Shown here: positions 20,785-30,906 of the stretch, one piece after another
Layout of the letters: each line of letters opens with the position of its first letter
How positions within the stretch are numbered: the first letter of the stretch is position 1
Source of the DNA: an uncultured Acidobacteriota bacterium
Lineage (GTDB): Bacteria > Acidobacteriota > Blastocatellia > RBC074
Length of the DNA: 64,000 nucleotides
Assembly: GCA_963796275.1 (NCBI GenBank)
Contig: CAWCKY010000006.1
Coordinates: 1,632,001 to 1,696,000, forward strand
Direction of reading: 5' to 3'
Position numbers and translations under genes: made by a program
The notes under the pieces: generated by a model
What the model was told of the DNA's origin: nothing
Database searches by the model: none
The model's input: only the letters and a program-made list of their open reading frames with translations

Positions 20785-21888
20785 TCAGTGCCTCTGCGCT
20801 GGTTTCAGCGAAGGAGCCTGGAATGTCGATTGGCGGATCACGAGCTCGGGCTCTACGGTGACCAGTTCGGGATAGGGAAATTGCGAACCTTTCGCGATCC
20901 TCCTCAAAAGGTGTTGAGCGGCCAGTCTGCCCATTTGATAGAGAGGCTGGCGAATCGTGGTGAGAGCCGGGTTATGGAAAGCCGCCGCGTGCACATCATC
21001 GAACCCGATCACCGAAATGTCTTCCGGAACACTGAGACCGGATTCCCGGAGGGCGCGAATAGCTCCGGTCGCCGAGACGTCGTTGAAGGCGAATAATGCG
21101 GTAAATTTGACGCCCGAAGCCAATAACTTTTTGGTCGCGAGATAACCGGTTTCTGGAGATGGCGAGTCGCCTTCGAGCTGAACCACCAGCCCGGCATCAA
21201 TCGGCGTTTTAAGTCTGACCGCCGTCTCTCTTATCGATTTCCATCGCAACTCGGTATCCGAACTGAACGCCTGCCCCTTGATGACCGCTATCTTGCGGTG
21301 ACCGAGGCCGATCAGATGCTTGAGCGCGAGCTCGGCGGCGCGTCGATGATTGAGCACGATGCTGGTTACGCCCGGAGTATCGTCGTGGCCGGAGACCGAA
21401 ATGGCGGGTAGAGTCGACGGGCCGCGCGGCGGAGTATCGACCGCTATCAATCCTTCGACGCAGCGTTCCATGAATAGCTGCGGATATCTTTCGATTAATT
21501 CAGCGCGATGCCGGTGGCTGGCGACGAAATAAAAATAGTCCTCCTGCAGCAGATGGTCTTCGATCCCGCTGAGTATCATCGCGGCGTAACCGATGCTAAG
21601 TTCGGGCACCAGCACGCCGAGCGTGTAGGTGCGTTGCGATTTGAGCGAGCGCGCGATGAAGTTCGGCCGGTAATTGAACTTCCGGGCGGCCTCGAAGATG
21701 CGGTCCTTGGTCTCTTGCGGGATAGCGCCGGCAGCCGCCGAATCGTTGAGCACGATCGAAAGAGTTGCGGGCGAAAGGTCGAGATGCGCAGCCAATTCTT
21801 TTAAACCGACCGGCTTCTCTCCCTGCACCTTACTGGCGATCCCATTTTTATTGCCGTTTTTGCCGCGTGACATAGCGCAGTCTTGCAT
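20785..21888 (-). CDS. LacI-family transcriptional regulator
   Basis: LKELAAHLDLSPATLSIVLN HTH, YRPNFIARSL hinge, VPEDISVIGFDD, LTTIRQP. Confidence 0.95.
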   Translation of the reverse strand: MQDCAMSRGKNGNKNGIASKVQGEKPVGLKELAAHLDLSPATLSIVLNDSAAAGAIPQETKDRIFEAARKFNYRPNFIARSLKSQRTYTLGVLVPELSIGYAAMILSGIEDHLLQEDYFYFVASHRHRAELIERYPQLFMERCVEGLIAVDTPPRGPSTLPAISVSGHDDTPGVTSIVLNHRRAAELALKHLIGLGHRKIAVIKGQAFSSDTELRWKSIRETAVRLKTPIDAGLVVQLEGDSPSPETGYLATKKLLASGVKFTALFAFNDVSATGAIRALRESGLSVPEDISVIGFDDVHAAAFHNPALTTIRQPLYQMGRLAAQHLLRRIAKGSQFPYPELVTVEPELVIRQSTFQAPSLKPAQRH

Positions 21889-21952
21889 AGCGACCTGTTC
21901 GAAGCAAGCATTAAATCCTGCGGTTCAAATTATCAATAAAATAACAAATTTC

Positions 21953-21981
21953 TTGACGCTCAAATTGTGAAGTGCTATAAA
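21953..21981 (+). promoter_or_regulatory. Sigma70-type promoter for the TBDR-GH3 operon
   Basis: TTGACG (21953), 17-bp spacer, TATAAA (21976) preceded by an extended -10 TGn. Confidence 0.65.
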
Positions 21982-21992
21982 GCGGGCCAGCT

Positions 21993-22008
21993 ACTTAATC
22001 GTTTTAGT
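21993..22008. promoter_or_regulatory. Putative LacI-family operator
   Basis: ACTTAATCGTTTTAGT: 12/16 palindromic with central CG, just downstream of the -10 and next to the divergent LacI gene. Confidence 0.55.
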
Positions 22009-22077
22009 ACACCATCCAAACGATCACAGCTGTTGCTGGATAGCTATTGCTGGGATGAATTTTCGCAGGAAGATATT

Positions 22078-22162
22078 CACCACAGAAACCACAGAAGGAC
22101 GAAGAACAAAATAAACACATAAAGAAAGGTTTGTGGTTTCGGTAATTGAATTTTGTGGTGAA
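22078..22162. repeat. Periodic palindromic element (CACCACAGAAACCACA...TTTTGTGGTG)
   Basis: Imperfect inverted repeat in the operon leader, resembling 50790-50875. Confidence 0.55.
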
Positions 22163-22244
22163 TCTCTTCGCCATCTTTAACCTCAATCAAGAATATTGAC
22201 AGAACACCACTATGCCCAGATTGGCATAGGCAGAGGGAGGGGAA

Positions 22245-25200
22245 TTGATGCAATATGCTCTTTCAGCATTTTGCCGTAAGACTTTAATCGTGTTGATTCT
22301 GCTACTGGGGCTGCAGATTTCGGCCAGCGCCCAGTTTCGCGCAGGCATCCAGGGCGCAGTGACCGATAGCCAGGGGGCAGCGGTTTACGGTGCGAGCGTC
22401 ACATTAACCAATAAAGAGACCAACAGGACGTTACAGACAAAGACAGGCGATGGCGGATTCTATCGCTTCGACAGGCTCGCTCCCGGCAGTTATACGATTT
22501 CTACAGAACTGGACGGGTTTAAGAAGAAAGTCCTGGAGTACGTTGAGGTCAATGCTGAAGAGATGCGGGGCATCAATATCGAGCTGGAAGCGGGGAATCT
22601 CACCGAGACGATAACGATCTCCTCTCAGGCAGCGGAACAACTCGATACCGAGAACGCGAATCTCGACCGATCGATCACAACAGATGAGATCCTGCGACTC
22701 CCTCAGACCGGGCGCGACCCGTACGAACTAGTCCGATTGACGCCGGGCGTCTTCGGCCTGGGAATGCGCGATGGCAACGGCGGCTCCGTCAAGCTGCCTA
22801 ATACCTCCGGCCCCGGCGGTTCGAGCACATCGATCTTCCAGACCGAGAATCAGGTCCCGATCAGCGCGAACGGCCAGCGCCTGCAGGCCAATAACTTCGA
22901 GGTCGATGGTGTGAGCGTCAACAGCCAGGCGTGGGGCGGCGCCGCCGTCGTGACTCCGAACCAGGAGTCGGTCAAAGAGGTGCGCGTGTTGGCGAACTCT
23001 TACTCGGCGGAGTATGGGCGGAACACCGGCGCCCAGATTCAGGTGGTCTCGCAGAACGGGACGAATGACTTTCACGGGAGCGCGTTCTTCAAATATAACG
23101 ACCCATCACTCAACGCCTTCAATGGGTGGGGCGGCTCCGGGGGCGGCCCTCCGAAGCGCGTCGAAAATCGCTTTCGCCAATGGGGCGGCAGCATCGGCGG
23201 CCCCGTCTATCTTCCGCGCTTCGGGGAGGGTGGGCCAACCTCCTGGAGCGGAAAGAACAGACTCTTCTTCTTCTTCTCCTTCGAGAGACTCCGCAATAAC
23301 GCCAACAACTTTGAAAACAAGTGGATCGAGACCCAACAGTTTCGCGAGCTCGTCCAGAGGGAGCGCCCCAACAGTCTCGCCAACCGGATAGTGAACTTCC
23401 CGGGTATGGCGCCGAGCATACTTGGCGTAACTCCCAATACCTGCGAGGCAGCGCATGGCTCCCTGGTCGATGTGAAAAAATGCCAACAAGTGGCGGGCGG
23501 ATTGGATATCGGCTCGCTCGCTCTCCCAGGAGAGGATTTTCTATCGTCCGACGGTGGCGGCCTGGATGGTCGTCCGGATATTCAGTTTGCCCAGGTCTCC
23601 CGGCCACGCAACAACACTGCGCAACAGTTCAACGGTCGCGTCGATTTTCAGGCGACGAGCAACGACCTGATCGCGTTCAGCTTCTACTACACTCCTAACG
23701 ATAACCTGGCTGCCGATGAGAGGGGCCGCCCGGCACTCGAGTTTCTCTCAGCGCGGCGCAATACCTCGGGGATGTTGCTCTGGAACCATACCTTTTCACC
23801 GACCGTGCTCAACGAAGCGCGCTTCAACGTGACCCGCTGGTATTTCAACGAATTCAATTCCAACCCCGATCTGCCCTGGGGCATTCCATACACCGAGGTC
23901 AGCGACGTTATTCCAACCATCGGCTGGGGGGTAAACGGGGCCGGCGTCTTTTACCAGACCACTTTCAATTTCCGCGATGTCCTGAGCAAAGTGGTAGGCA
24001 GTCACGGGTTGAAGTTCGGCGGCGATATCTCGCGCGAACAGAACAACGACACGGTAGCGTGGGCTGCGCGTCCGAGTTACTTCTTCGGCAGTATGTGGAA
24101 TTTCGCCAATGATACGCCGATCAGGGAGACGGGCAACTTCGATCCGAGGAGCGGCATCCCGACCGATTTGAAGAAATATATCCGCGCCGGCACATACTCT
24201 CTCTTCGCCCAGGACGATTGGAAGGTACGGCCCAATCTGACCTTCAACCTCGGCGTACGCTGGGAGTACTGGCAACCTCCCAGGGAGAAGTACGGAAACT
24301 TTAGCAAATTGGTCCTGGGTCCGGGCCGGGAGCTGGTCAATGGCGCAAGGTTTGTGACGGGTGAGCCACTCCATGATCCTGATCGTAATAACTTCGGGCC
24401 GCAGGTCGGCCTCGCCTGGAGCCCGGCTCGATTCAGGAATAAGGCGGTGGTACGCGGCGGCTTCGGCATCGGTTATAACCGCATTCCGTACTCCATCACA
24501 CTAAACGGGCGTTTGAATCCGCCGTACGTCGGAGCGTTTACATTAAGGGAGCGGGATCAGATAGTGTATACGTTCGGACAGGAGCTTACCTCTCCCGGCG
24601 GCTATCCATCCAACCCGAGCACAATCTTGCAGTTCAACTCGGATAATGGGTTCCCAGTGATACCGCCCGGGTCCATTCTGGCTGAACCGAATGTAGACGT
24701 GGCGACGTTTCAGAACGTGCCTAATCCTTATGCATATCGCTACTCTCTCGATCTGCAGTATGAGCTTGGGACGGATTGGGTAGCATCGCTCGGCTTTCAG
24801 GGCAGTAGCGGCCGAAAGTTAACCCGCCTGGTTGAACAATTGATACTCGCCAGAGCCGGCTTCATTCAGGAATACGATGGCCTCTTAAAAGTCAGGGTCA
24901 TGCAGAGCGACGTCAACAGCAACTTCAACGCTCTGATCGCTCGCATTTCGCGACGATTTTCTAAAGGCATAAACCTCAACGCCCAGTACCGCTGGAGCAA
25001 AAGTATAGACTTCTGCTCCGACGATCAGGATTGCAGGCAGAGTTATCCCTTCGACCAGAGCACCGAGCGCGGCCCCTCGGACTTCGATGTTACTCATTCA
25101 TTCCTTGCGTCGGGGCTGTGGGAACTGCCGATACTCAGGAATCGCAGTGACTTTATCGGTAAGGCATTCGGAGGATGGCAACTCAATGGAATCCTCACGG

Positions 25201-25688
25201 CGAGTTCGGGTTTCCCGTGGACACCCGTGTACAATCCCAACAATGGCTGTGATTCGATGATAAACATGGGAATTCAATGTCCGCAGCGCCCAGTCGCCGT
25301 CCGGGGTAGTTTTGAACAGGACATGAGCAATGAAGCTTTCCGGCGACCCGGTGGTACTTTGGGAACGGGCTCCGCTCAGCTCTTCCAATCGCCCAATTTC
25401 AATACTTTATCGCCTCAAATGCCTGGGATCGGGCGTAACGTGTTTCGCGGCCCGCATTACTTCAGCGTCGATATGAGCGCGATCAAGCGCTTCAAACTAC
25501 CACGATTTTTCGGTGAGAGCGCAGGTCTGGATATTCGCGCCAACTTCTTGAATGCTTTCAACAATCTGAACCTGAAGCCGTTCGAGTGGGACAGCGAGAA
25601 TACCAGGATCAATCACGTCAATTTCGGCCGGGCGCCCGATGCTCTCTCCGGTCGCGTGGTTGAATTTCAAGCGAGGTTCTTCTTCTAA
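22245..25688 (+). CDS. TonB-dependent receptor (Oar-like, carboxypeptidase-regulatory-like N-terminus)
   Basis: Signal peptide, IQGAVTDSQGA, YSAEYGRNTG plug, FAQDDWKVRPNLTFNLGVRWE, C-terminal Phe. Confidence 0.93.
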   Translation: MMQYALSAFCRKTLIVLILLLGLQISASAQFRAGIQGAVTDSQGAAVYGASVTLTNKETNRTLQTKTGDGGFYRFDRLAPGSYTISTELDGFKKKVLEYVEVNAEEMRGINIELEAGNLTETITISSQAAEQLDTENANLDRSITTDEILRLPQTGRDPYELVRLTPGVFGLGMRDGNGGSVKLPNTSGPGGSSTSIFQTENQVPISANGQRLQANNFEVDGVSVNSQAWGGAAVVTPNQESVKEVRVLANSYSAEYGRNTGAQIQVVSQNGTNDFHGSAFFKYNDPSLNAFNGWGGSGGGPPKRVENRFRQWGGSIGGPVYLPRFGEGGPTSWSGKNRLFFFFSFERLRNNANNFENKWIETQQFRELVQRERPNSLANRIVNFPGMAPSILGVTPNTCEAAHGSLVDVKKCQQVAGGLDIGSLALPGEDFLSSDGGGLDGRPDIQFAQVSRPRNNTAQQFNGRVDFQATSNDLIAFSFYYTPNDNLAADERGRPALEFLSARRNTSGMLLWNHTFSPTVLNEARFNVTRWYFNEFNSNPDLPWGIPYTEVSDVIPTIGWGVNGAGVFYQTTFNFRDVLSKVVGSHGLKFGGDISREQNNDTVAWAARPSYFFGSMWNFANDTPIRETGNFDPRSGIPTDLKKYIRAGTYSLFAQDDWKVRPNLTFNLGVRWEYWQPPREKYGNFSKLVLGPGRELVNGARFVTGEPLHDPDRNNFGPQVGLAWSPARFRNKAVVRGGFGIGYNRIPYSITLNGRLNPPYVGAFTLRERDQIVYTFGQELTSPGGYPSNPSTILQFNSDNGFPVIPPGSILAEPNVDVATFQNVPNPYAYRYSLDLQYELGTDWVASLGFQGSSGRKLTRLVEQLILARAGFIQEYDGLLKVRVMQSDVNSNFNALIARISRRFSKGINLNAQYRWSKSIDFCSDDQDCRQSYPFDQSTERGPSDFDVTHSFLASGLWELPILRNRSDFIGKAFGGWQLNGILTASSGFPWTPVYNPNNGCDSMINMGIQCPQRPVAVRGSFEQDMSNEAFRRPGGTLGTGSAQLFQSPNFNTLSPQMPGIGRNVFRGPHYFSVDMSAIKRFKLPRFFGESAGLDIRANFLNAFNNLNLKPFEWDSENTRINHVNFGRAPDALSGRVVEFQARFFF

Positions 25689-25692
25689 TAAA

Positions 25693-26886
25693 ATGATCTG
25701 TAACAGGAGAGAGGAGAATACGAAACAAGCGAAAACGGCAAAACAAACGAAAGATGTTATAGGTTTCGTTTGTTTCGCTTATTTCGTTTGTTTCGTCCTC
25801 TCTACCGGTCTTCATCATCATGCCTATTCCAGTTCGCTCCAGGATTTCGAGAAGCTTGCGGCACAAGCAGCACAGGCGCGTGAGGCCAATCGGGTGGATG
25901 AAGCTATCTCGCTCTATCGCGAAGCGATTCGATTACGCACGAAGTGGGATGAGGGCTGGTTCTACCTTGGGACTTTACTGCACGAGCGCGATAACAATGC
26001 CGAGGCTGCTCGGGCTTTCAAAGAGGCGGCCGATCTCAACCCCAAGGTGGGAACAGCGTGGGTGATGCTAGGCTTATCCGAATTTAAGCTGGGCCGGTAC
26101 AATGATGCGCTCAAACATATTCAGCACGGCCGGCAACTAGGCATCACTGACAATCCGAATCTCAGGAAAGTCATGCTCTATCACGAAGGGTTGCTGTTGC
26201 TGGATAAAGAAGATTTCGCGACTGCCCAGCAGACGCTGGGTTCTCTGAGTCGCGAAGGCGTCCAGAATGAAGACCTGATTGCCGCGCTCGGCCTTTCGGT
26301 TCTTAACGTGCGGCCATCGGATCTGCCATCGGCCAATCCAACAACTCAGATGGCAGTCGGCCGCGCAGGCCAGGCTGAGCTTCTCGCGGTCCAGAAGAAG
26401 TTCACCGAAGCGCGCGCGGAGTACGATCGCCTGGCCTCAGACTTTCCCAAGCTAGCAAACGTTCAGTACGCCTACGGGCGTTTTTTGCTTACCAGCAACG
26501 ACGATGACCAGGCGATCTCGGCGTTCCAGCGCGAGATTGCGAATTCGCCGGAGCACCTGCCGGCCCGCCTGATGATTGCCGATATAAAACTCAAGCTCAG
26601 GGATGCCGCAGGAGGTATGCCTCACGCGGAGGAAGCGGTGAAGCTCAACCCAGGATTACCGCTCGCACGCTATCTGCTGGGATCATTGCTGCTCGAGGCC
26701 GGTCAGGCGGCGCGGGCGATTGTCGAGCTGGAGACGGCTCAACGATTGTTAGCGGATGAACCGAAAATATACTTCGCATTGGGAAGAGCCTACGCGCGCG
26801 CGAACCGTAAAGAGGACGCTGAACGTGCGCGAGCCGAATTTGAGCGCCTAAATAAGAAGGAAGAGGCGAAGAATCGCCTGAAGTGA
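25693..26886 (+). CDS. Tetratricopeptide repeat protein, probably exported
   Basis: Repeated TPR-like helices (WFYLGTLL, YAYGRFLL, YFALGRAY). ATG at 25693, 4 bp after the TBDR stop. Confidence 0.88.
   Translation: MICNRREENTKQAKTAKQTKDVIGFVCFAYFVCFVLSTGLHHHAYSSSLQDFEKLAAQAAQAREANRVDEAISLYREAIRLRTKWDEGWFYLGTLLHERDNNAEAARAFKEAADLNPKVGTAWVMLGLSEFKLGRYNDALKHIQHGRQLGITDNPNLRKVMLYHEGLLLLDKEDFATAQQTLGSLSREGVQNEDLIAALGLSVLNVRPSDLPSANPTTQMAVGRAGQAELLAVQKKFTEARAEYDRLASDFPKLANVQYAYGRFLLTSNDDDQAISAFQREIANSPEHLPARLMIADIKLKLRDAAGGMPHAEEAVKLNPGLPLARYLLGSLLLEAGQAARAIVELETAQRLLADEPKIYFALGRAYARANRKEDAERARAEFERLNKKEEAKNRLK
25720..25796. repeat. 9-bp-periodic inverted repeat inside the TPR gene N-terminus
   Basis: Arms ACGAAACAAGCGAAAACGGCAAAACAAACGAAA and TTTCGTTTGTTTCGCTTATTTCGTTTGTTTCGT. 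Confidence 0.8.
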
Positions 26887-26934
26887 TACTCACATTCGCC
26901 CAATTTGAGATAGATTTTGAAACCGCACTCTAAG

Positions 26935-26982
26935 TCGCGTAGCGACGAATGAGAGTCCGAACACGACCGTCGCTACACGACT
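26935..26982. repeat. REP-like inverted repeat
   Basis: GTCGCGTAGCGACG ... CGTCGCTACACGAC between the TPR gene and the second TBDR. Confidence 0.6.
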
Positions 26983-27039
26983 GAATATCTCAGTAAAATT
27001 AAAACGAGAACCGAAAATAACTGCTCAGGGAGACAAGTT

Positions 27040-30000
27040 ATGCAAGATGCTCTTTCAGTATTCAGCCGAAACATTCTCCTCACTATGGTACTGATGCTGA
27101 TGCCGGCGATGGCGGCCAACGCACAATACGGTGCGGGCATTCAGGGCACTGTGACCGATAAGACCGGGGCCGTTATTCCCGGTGCGAAGATCGCTATCAC
27201 CAACTCGGAGACAGGACGCACACAAAAGACTGTAGCCAGCGGGGAAGGCTTCTATCGCTTCTCCGCATTGCCGCCCGGCAAATATAAGGTGACTGCCGAA
27301 CTGGATGGATTCAAAAAGACGGAACTCGAAAGCGCCACAGTCGGCGCGGAAGCGGTCACCGGCGTCGACCTGACGATGGAAGCCGGTCAGGTGAATGAAT
27401 CGATCACCGTCTCGGCCGATTCCACGAACGGGCTGCAGACCGAGAACGCCAATGTCACGCGTGCCATTTCAACCGTAGAGATTCGAGAGTTGCCGCAGGT
27501 CGGACGCGATCCGTACGAGCTGCTGCGGCTGACCCCCGGTGTTTTCGGCGACGGCGCCCGTGGTGGCAATGGGAATTCGGTAGCCCTGCCGAACACCACG
27601 GGGCCGGGCGGCTCGAACAGTTCGATCTTCCAGACCGAGAACCAGGTCCAGATATCGGCCAACGGCCAGCGGCTTTCGAGCAATAACTTTCAGATCGACG
27701 GCGTGAGCGTCAACAGCTTCAACTGGGGCGGCGCAGCGCTCGTCACTCCGAATCAGGAGTCGGTCAAGGAGATCCGCGTGCTATCGTCGAGCTACTCGGC
27801 CGAAGACGGGCGAAATTCGGGCGCGCAGATCAAAGTGGTCTCGCAGAACGGCACCAACGAGATACACGGTTCGGCCTTCTTCAAGTACAACTCGCCGGAG
27901 CTGAACGCGTTTAACAAGTATGGTGGGCCGAACGCGCCGCCGATGCGTGTCGCCGACTACATCCGGCAGTTCGGGGGCTCGTTCGGCGGGCCTCTCCCGT
28001 TACCGCGATTCGGCGAAGGCGGGCCGGTCTTTACAGGAGGTAAGAACAAGTCTTTCTTCTTCTTCTCATACGAGGGATTGCGGAATAATTTGAGCAACAC
28101 TGGGCGCGGCTTCGTCGAGACGCCCGCGTTTCGCCAGGCCGTGTTAGCGCAGCGCCCCGGCAGCGTCACAGCGCATGTGCTCTCCGCCGCGGGTATCGAG
28201 CCGCGCATAGTGGGCGTGTTCGCGCCCTCCTGTGGGGTCTTCGACAACGACCAGACACGTTGCCAAATCAGGGGCATCGGATTGGGCATCGGATTGGACA
28301 TCGGCTCGCTGAGTGCGCCGGCATCCAACCCTTATGTAGGCCTTCAAGGCGGAGGTTTGGACGGTATCCCAGACATTCAGGAAGTGTTATTCGCGTTGCC
28401 TAGCCAAAATCGTGGCAATCAGTACAACCTGCGGTTGGACTTCACACCCAACGAAAAGAATACCATCGCGTTCAGCACTTACATCACGCGGTTGAACAAC
28501 CTGGGGAGCGATAGCGCGGGGCAGAGCCGCCCGATGGCCGACCTGCCTTTCAAGCCGCTCAATACTTCGGGAACGATACTCTTCACCCACGTCTTTTCAC
28601 CCACGATGGTCAACGAGGCGCGCTTCAATGCGACGCGGTTCAGCGTCGACCAGGGATTGGATGCCGCCAACGTCAACTTCGGAATCCCACGCATCGAGGT
28701 CGAGGGGCTGCCAATCGGCGATCGCATACGCTTCGGCGCGCCGCGGGCTGAGACGACGCCGAACGTCTCCGCGCAGAACATCTTCGAATTCAGCGATACG
28801 GTGAGCAAGACGTTTGGCAATCACGCGATGAAGTTCGGCGTGGTCGTTCGCAAGGAGGAGAACAACAGCGATCCATCGGGCGGATCGCGCCCGATCTACT
28901 CCTTCTCAGGGCTCTTCAACCTGGCCAATGACGCGCCTGTCTTCGAGGCGATCAACGCTGATCCGGTGACGGGGGACCCCGCCGATGCTCAGCGTTATTA
29001 CCGCACGCCCTACTATGCGGGTTTTGTGCAGGACGATTGGAAGGCGCTTCCCAATTTGACGCTCAACCTGGGTGTGCGCTACGAATACTATTCGCCGCTG
29101 CAGGATGAAGATGGTCGTCTGAGCAACCTTTTTCTCGGCTCACAAGGTTTTGACAACGCGGTGTTGCGCGTCGTTGACGAGCTCTATAAGCCGGATCGTA
29201 ATAATATTATGCCGCGCTTCTCATTCGCTTATAGCCCGAATACTGGAATATTCGGCAGGTTGCTGCGTGGGAACAATGCGGTGATTCGTGGCGGATTCGG
29301 CGTCGCCTTCAATCGCATCCCGGTCGCGCCGTTAGGCAACGTACGCGGCAACCCGCCATTCTTCGCACGCTACAGTCTTTGCTGCGGCAATGAAGGATAT
29401 CCATTTTTTGGTGGACGGATTCAGTATGATACCGGCTCGAGCAACTCGGTTGTGAGCTACCCGCGCAATTCCGCACTCGCTCCCGGCATCAATCCGGCGA
29501 ACGGCTTGCCGAATGTGACTGATCCAGTAATAGAGGTCTACGGTTCATCTCAGAACATCCCGACTCCATATGTCTACCTCTATTCGCTCGAAGCTCAGTA
29601 TGAACTGGGCGCGCAGTTCACGCTGACCACGGGGTATCAGGGGAGCGCTGGTCGCAAACTGGTCAGGCTCGTCAATCAGAGGTTCCTCTATCAAATATCT
29701 AATACCAGTACGACCCCCATATCCGCCGCATACTTCACGATGCCGGACGTGAATTCGAACTTCAACGCGGCGCTCGTCAGTCTTTCACGGCGCTTCTCGC
29801 GAGGCATGCAATTGCAGGCCAACTACCGTTGGAGCAAGAGCATCGACCAGCTTTCATACGAGGGCCCGGGCTTCGAGACAAACCAGACGTATCCACAAGA
29901 CAACGGCACCGAGCGTGGGCCATCAGACTTCGACGTGCGCCACTACGTGACGGTATCGGGTCTCTACGAACTGCCATTCTTCCGAGGCAAAAATTTCGCT

Positions 30001-30567
30001 AACGCGCTTCTCGGCGGTTGGAAGGTTACTGGCATCATGAGCTACCGGGGCGGTTTCCCGTTTACGCCGGTCGTCGGTGGGTGCACGAGCACGCCCGGTG
30101 GGTCGCAGCTCTGCCCCGTTCGCCCGCAGGGTTACAACGGGCCGAGCGAGATCGACACCTCGCATGAAGCATTCATGACTGGCAGCAACTTCCCAGGTGG
30201 CGGTAAACCTTTCTTCACGGTCTTCAAACAGGACGACAATACGATTGCGCCGCCGGGCATCGGGCGCAATTCATTCCGTGGGCCTAAATATTTCGGCTTC
30301 GATATGAGCTTCGTGAAGGAGACTCGCTTGCCATTCCTGCGGCTCGGCGATGGCACGAACCTGGAACTCCGGGCGAATGTTTTCAATATCTTCAACAAGC
30401 TGAACCTCGCGCCATTCGCGTTCGGAAGCAATGCAGTGACTATCGGTTCTTTCAACACAGGCGAGCAGGGTACTGCTGGGACCCTCACCAACAACCCCGA
30501 TTTCGGGAAAGCGACGTCCGGATTGGCCGGGCGAGTCGTCGAGTTGCAGGCGAGGTTCAGGTTCTAA
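27040..30567 (+). CDS. TonB-dependent receptor (Oar-like), paralog of 22245..25688
   Basis: Shares GRDPYELxRLTPGVFG, SIFQTENQVxISANGQRL and GRVVExQARF with the upstream receptor. Confidence 0.93.
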   Translation: MQDALSVFSRNILLTMVLMLMPAMAANAQYGAGIQGTVTDKTGAVIPGAKIAITNSETGRTQKTVASGEGFYRFSALPPGKYKVTAELDGFKKTELESATVGAEAVTGVDLTMEAGQVNESITVSADSTNGLQTENANVTRAISTVEIRELPQVGRDPYELLRLTPGVFGDGARGGNGNSVALPNTTGPGGSNSSIFQTENQVQISANGQRLSSNNFQIDGVSVNSFNWGGAALVTPNQESVKEIRVLSSSYSAEDGRNSGAQIKVVSQNGTNEIHGSAFFKYNSPELNAFNKYGGPNAPPMRVADYIRQFGGSFGGPLPLPRFGEGGPVFTGGKNKSFFFFSYEGLRNNLSNTGRGFVETPAFRQAVLAQRPGSVTAHVLSAAGIEPRIVGVFAPSCGVFDNDQTRCQIRGIGLGIGLDIGSLSAPASNPYVGLQGGGLDGIPDIQEVLFALPSQNRGNQYNLRLDFTPNEKNTIAFSTYITRLNNLGSDSAGQSRPMADLPFKPLNTSGTILFTHVFSPTMVNEARFNATRFSVDQGLDAANVNFGIPRIEVEGLPIGDRIRFGAPRAETTPNVSAQNIFEFSDTVSKTFGNHAMKFGVVVRKEENNSDPSGGSRPIYSFSGLFNLANDAPVFEAINADPVTGDPADAQRYYRTPYYAGFVQDDWKALPNLTLNLGVRYEYYSPLQDEDGRLSNLFLGSQGFDNAVLRVVDELYKPDRNNIMPRFSFAYSPNTGIFGRLLRGNNAVIRGGFGVAFNRIPVAPLGNVRGNPPFFARYSLCCGNEGYPFFGGRIQYDTGSSNSVVSYPRNSALAPGINPANGLPNVTDPVIEVYGSSQNIPTPYVYLYSLEAQYELGAQFTLTTGYQGSAGRKLVRLVNQRFLYQISNTSTTPISAAYFTMPDVNSNFNAALVSLSRRFSRGMQLQANYRWSKSIDQLSYEGPGFETNQTYPQDNGTERGPSDFDVRHYVTVSGLYELPFFRGKNFANALLGGWKVTGIMSYRGGFPFTPVVGGCTSTPGGSQLCPVRPQGYNGPSEIDTSHEAFMTGSNFPGGGKPFFTVFKQDDNTIAPPGIGRNSFRGPKYFGFDMSFVKETRLPFLRLGDGTNLELRANVFNIFNKLNLAPFAFGSNAVTIGSFNTGEQGTAGTLTNNPDFGKATSGLAGRVVELQARFRF

Positions 30568-30571
30568 GATG

Positions 30572-30820
30572 AGCCCTGAAAAGTGCAATGGTGTTAAATT
30601 ATAGGTCGATAACCCCGGTGGGGGGGAGGGTAGCCGGTGATCGGAGCGCAGCGTCAATCCCTGGAGGGGTATTTCCGCATCCAGAAGGGATGCGAGAACA
30701 GCCAGAAATGCGATAGATCACTCTCTCGCGTCCCTTCAGGATGCGAAGCTCTTTGGGACGGTCCCAGGGGTTTCCGCTGCGCTCCAACCCCTGGCTACCT
30801 TCTATTGCCCCTCTGGGGCA
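30572..30820. repeat. GC-rich REP-like palindromic element
   Basis: GCATCC...GGATGC and CCCAGGGG...CCCCTGGCTA hairpins resembling 18119-18325. Confidence 0.65.
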
Positions 30821-30906
30821 TACCGACCCCTTAATTAAATGCTATTGCTTTTGTGGGGTTAAGGTCGAATTAACGACCACGTTATAATTTTCGAGGAGTT
30901 ACACGG

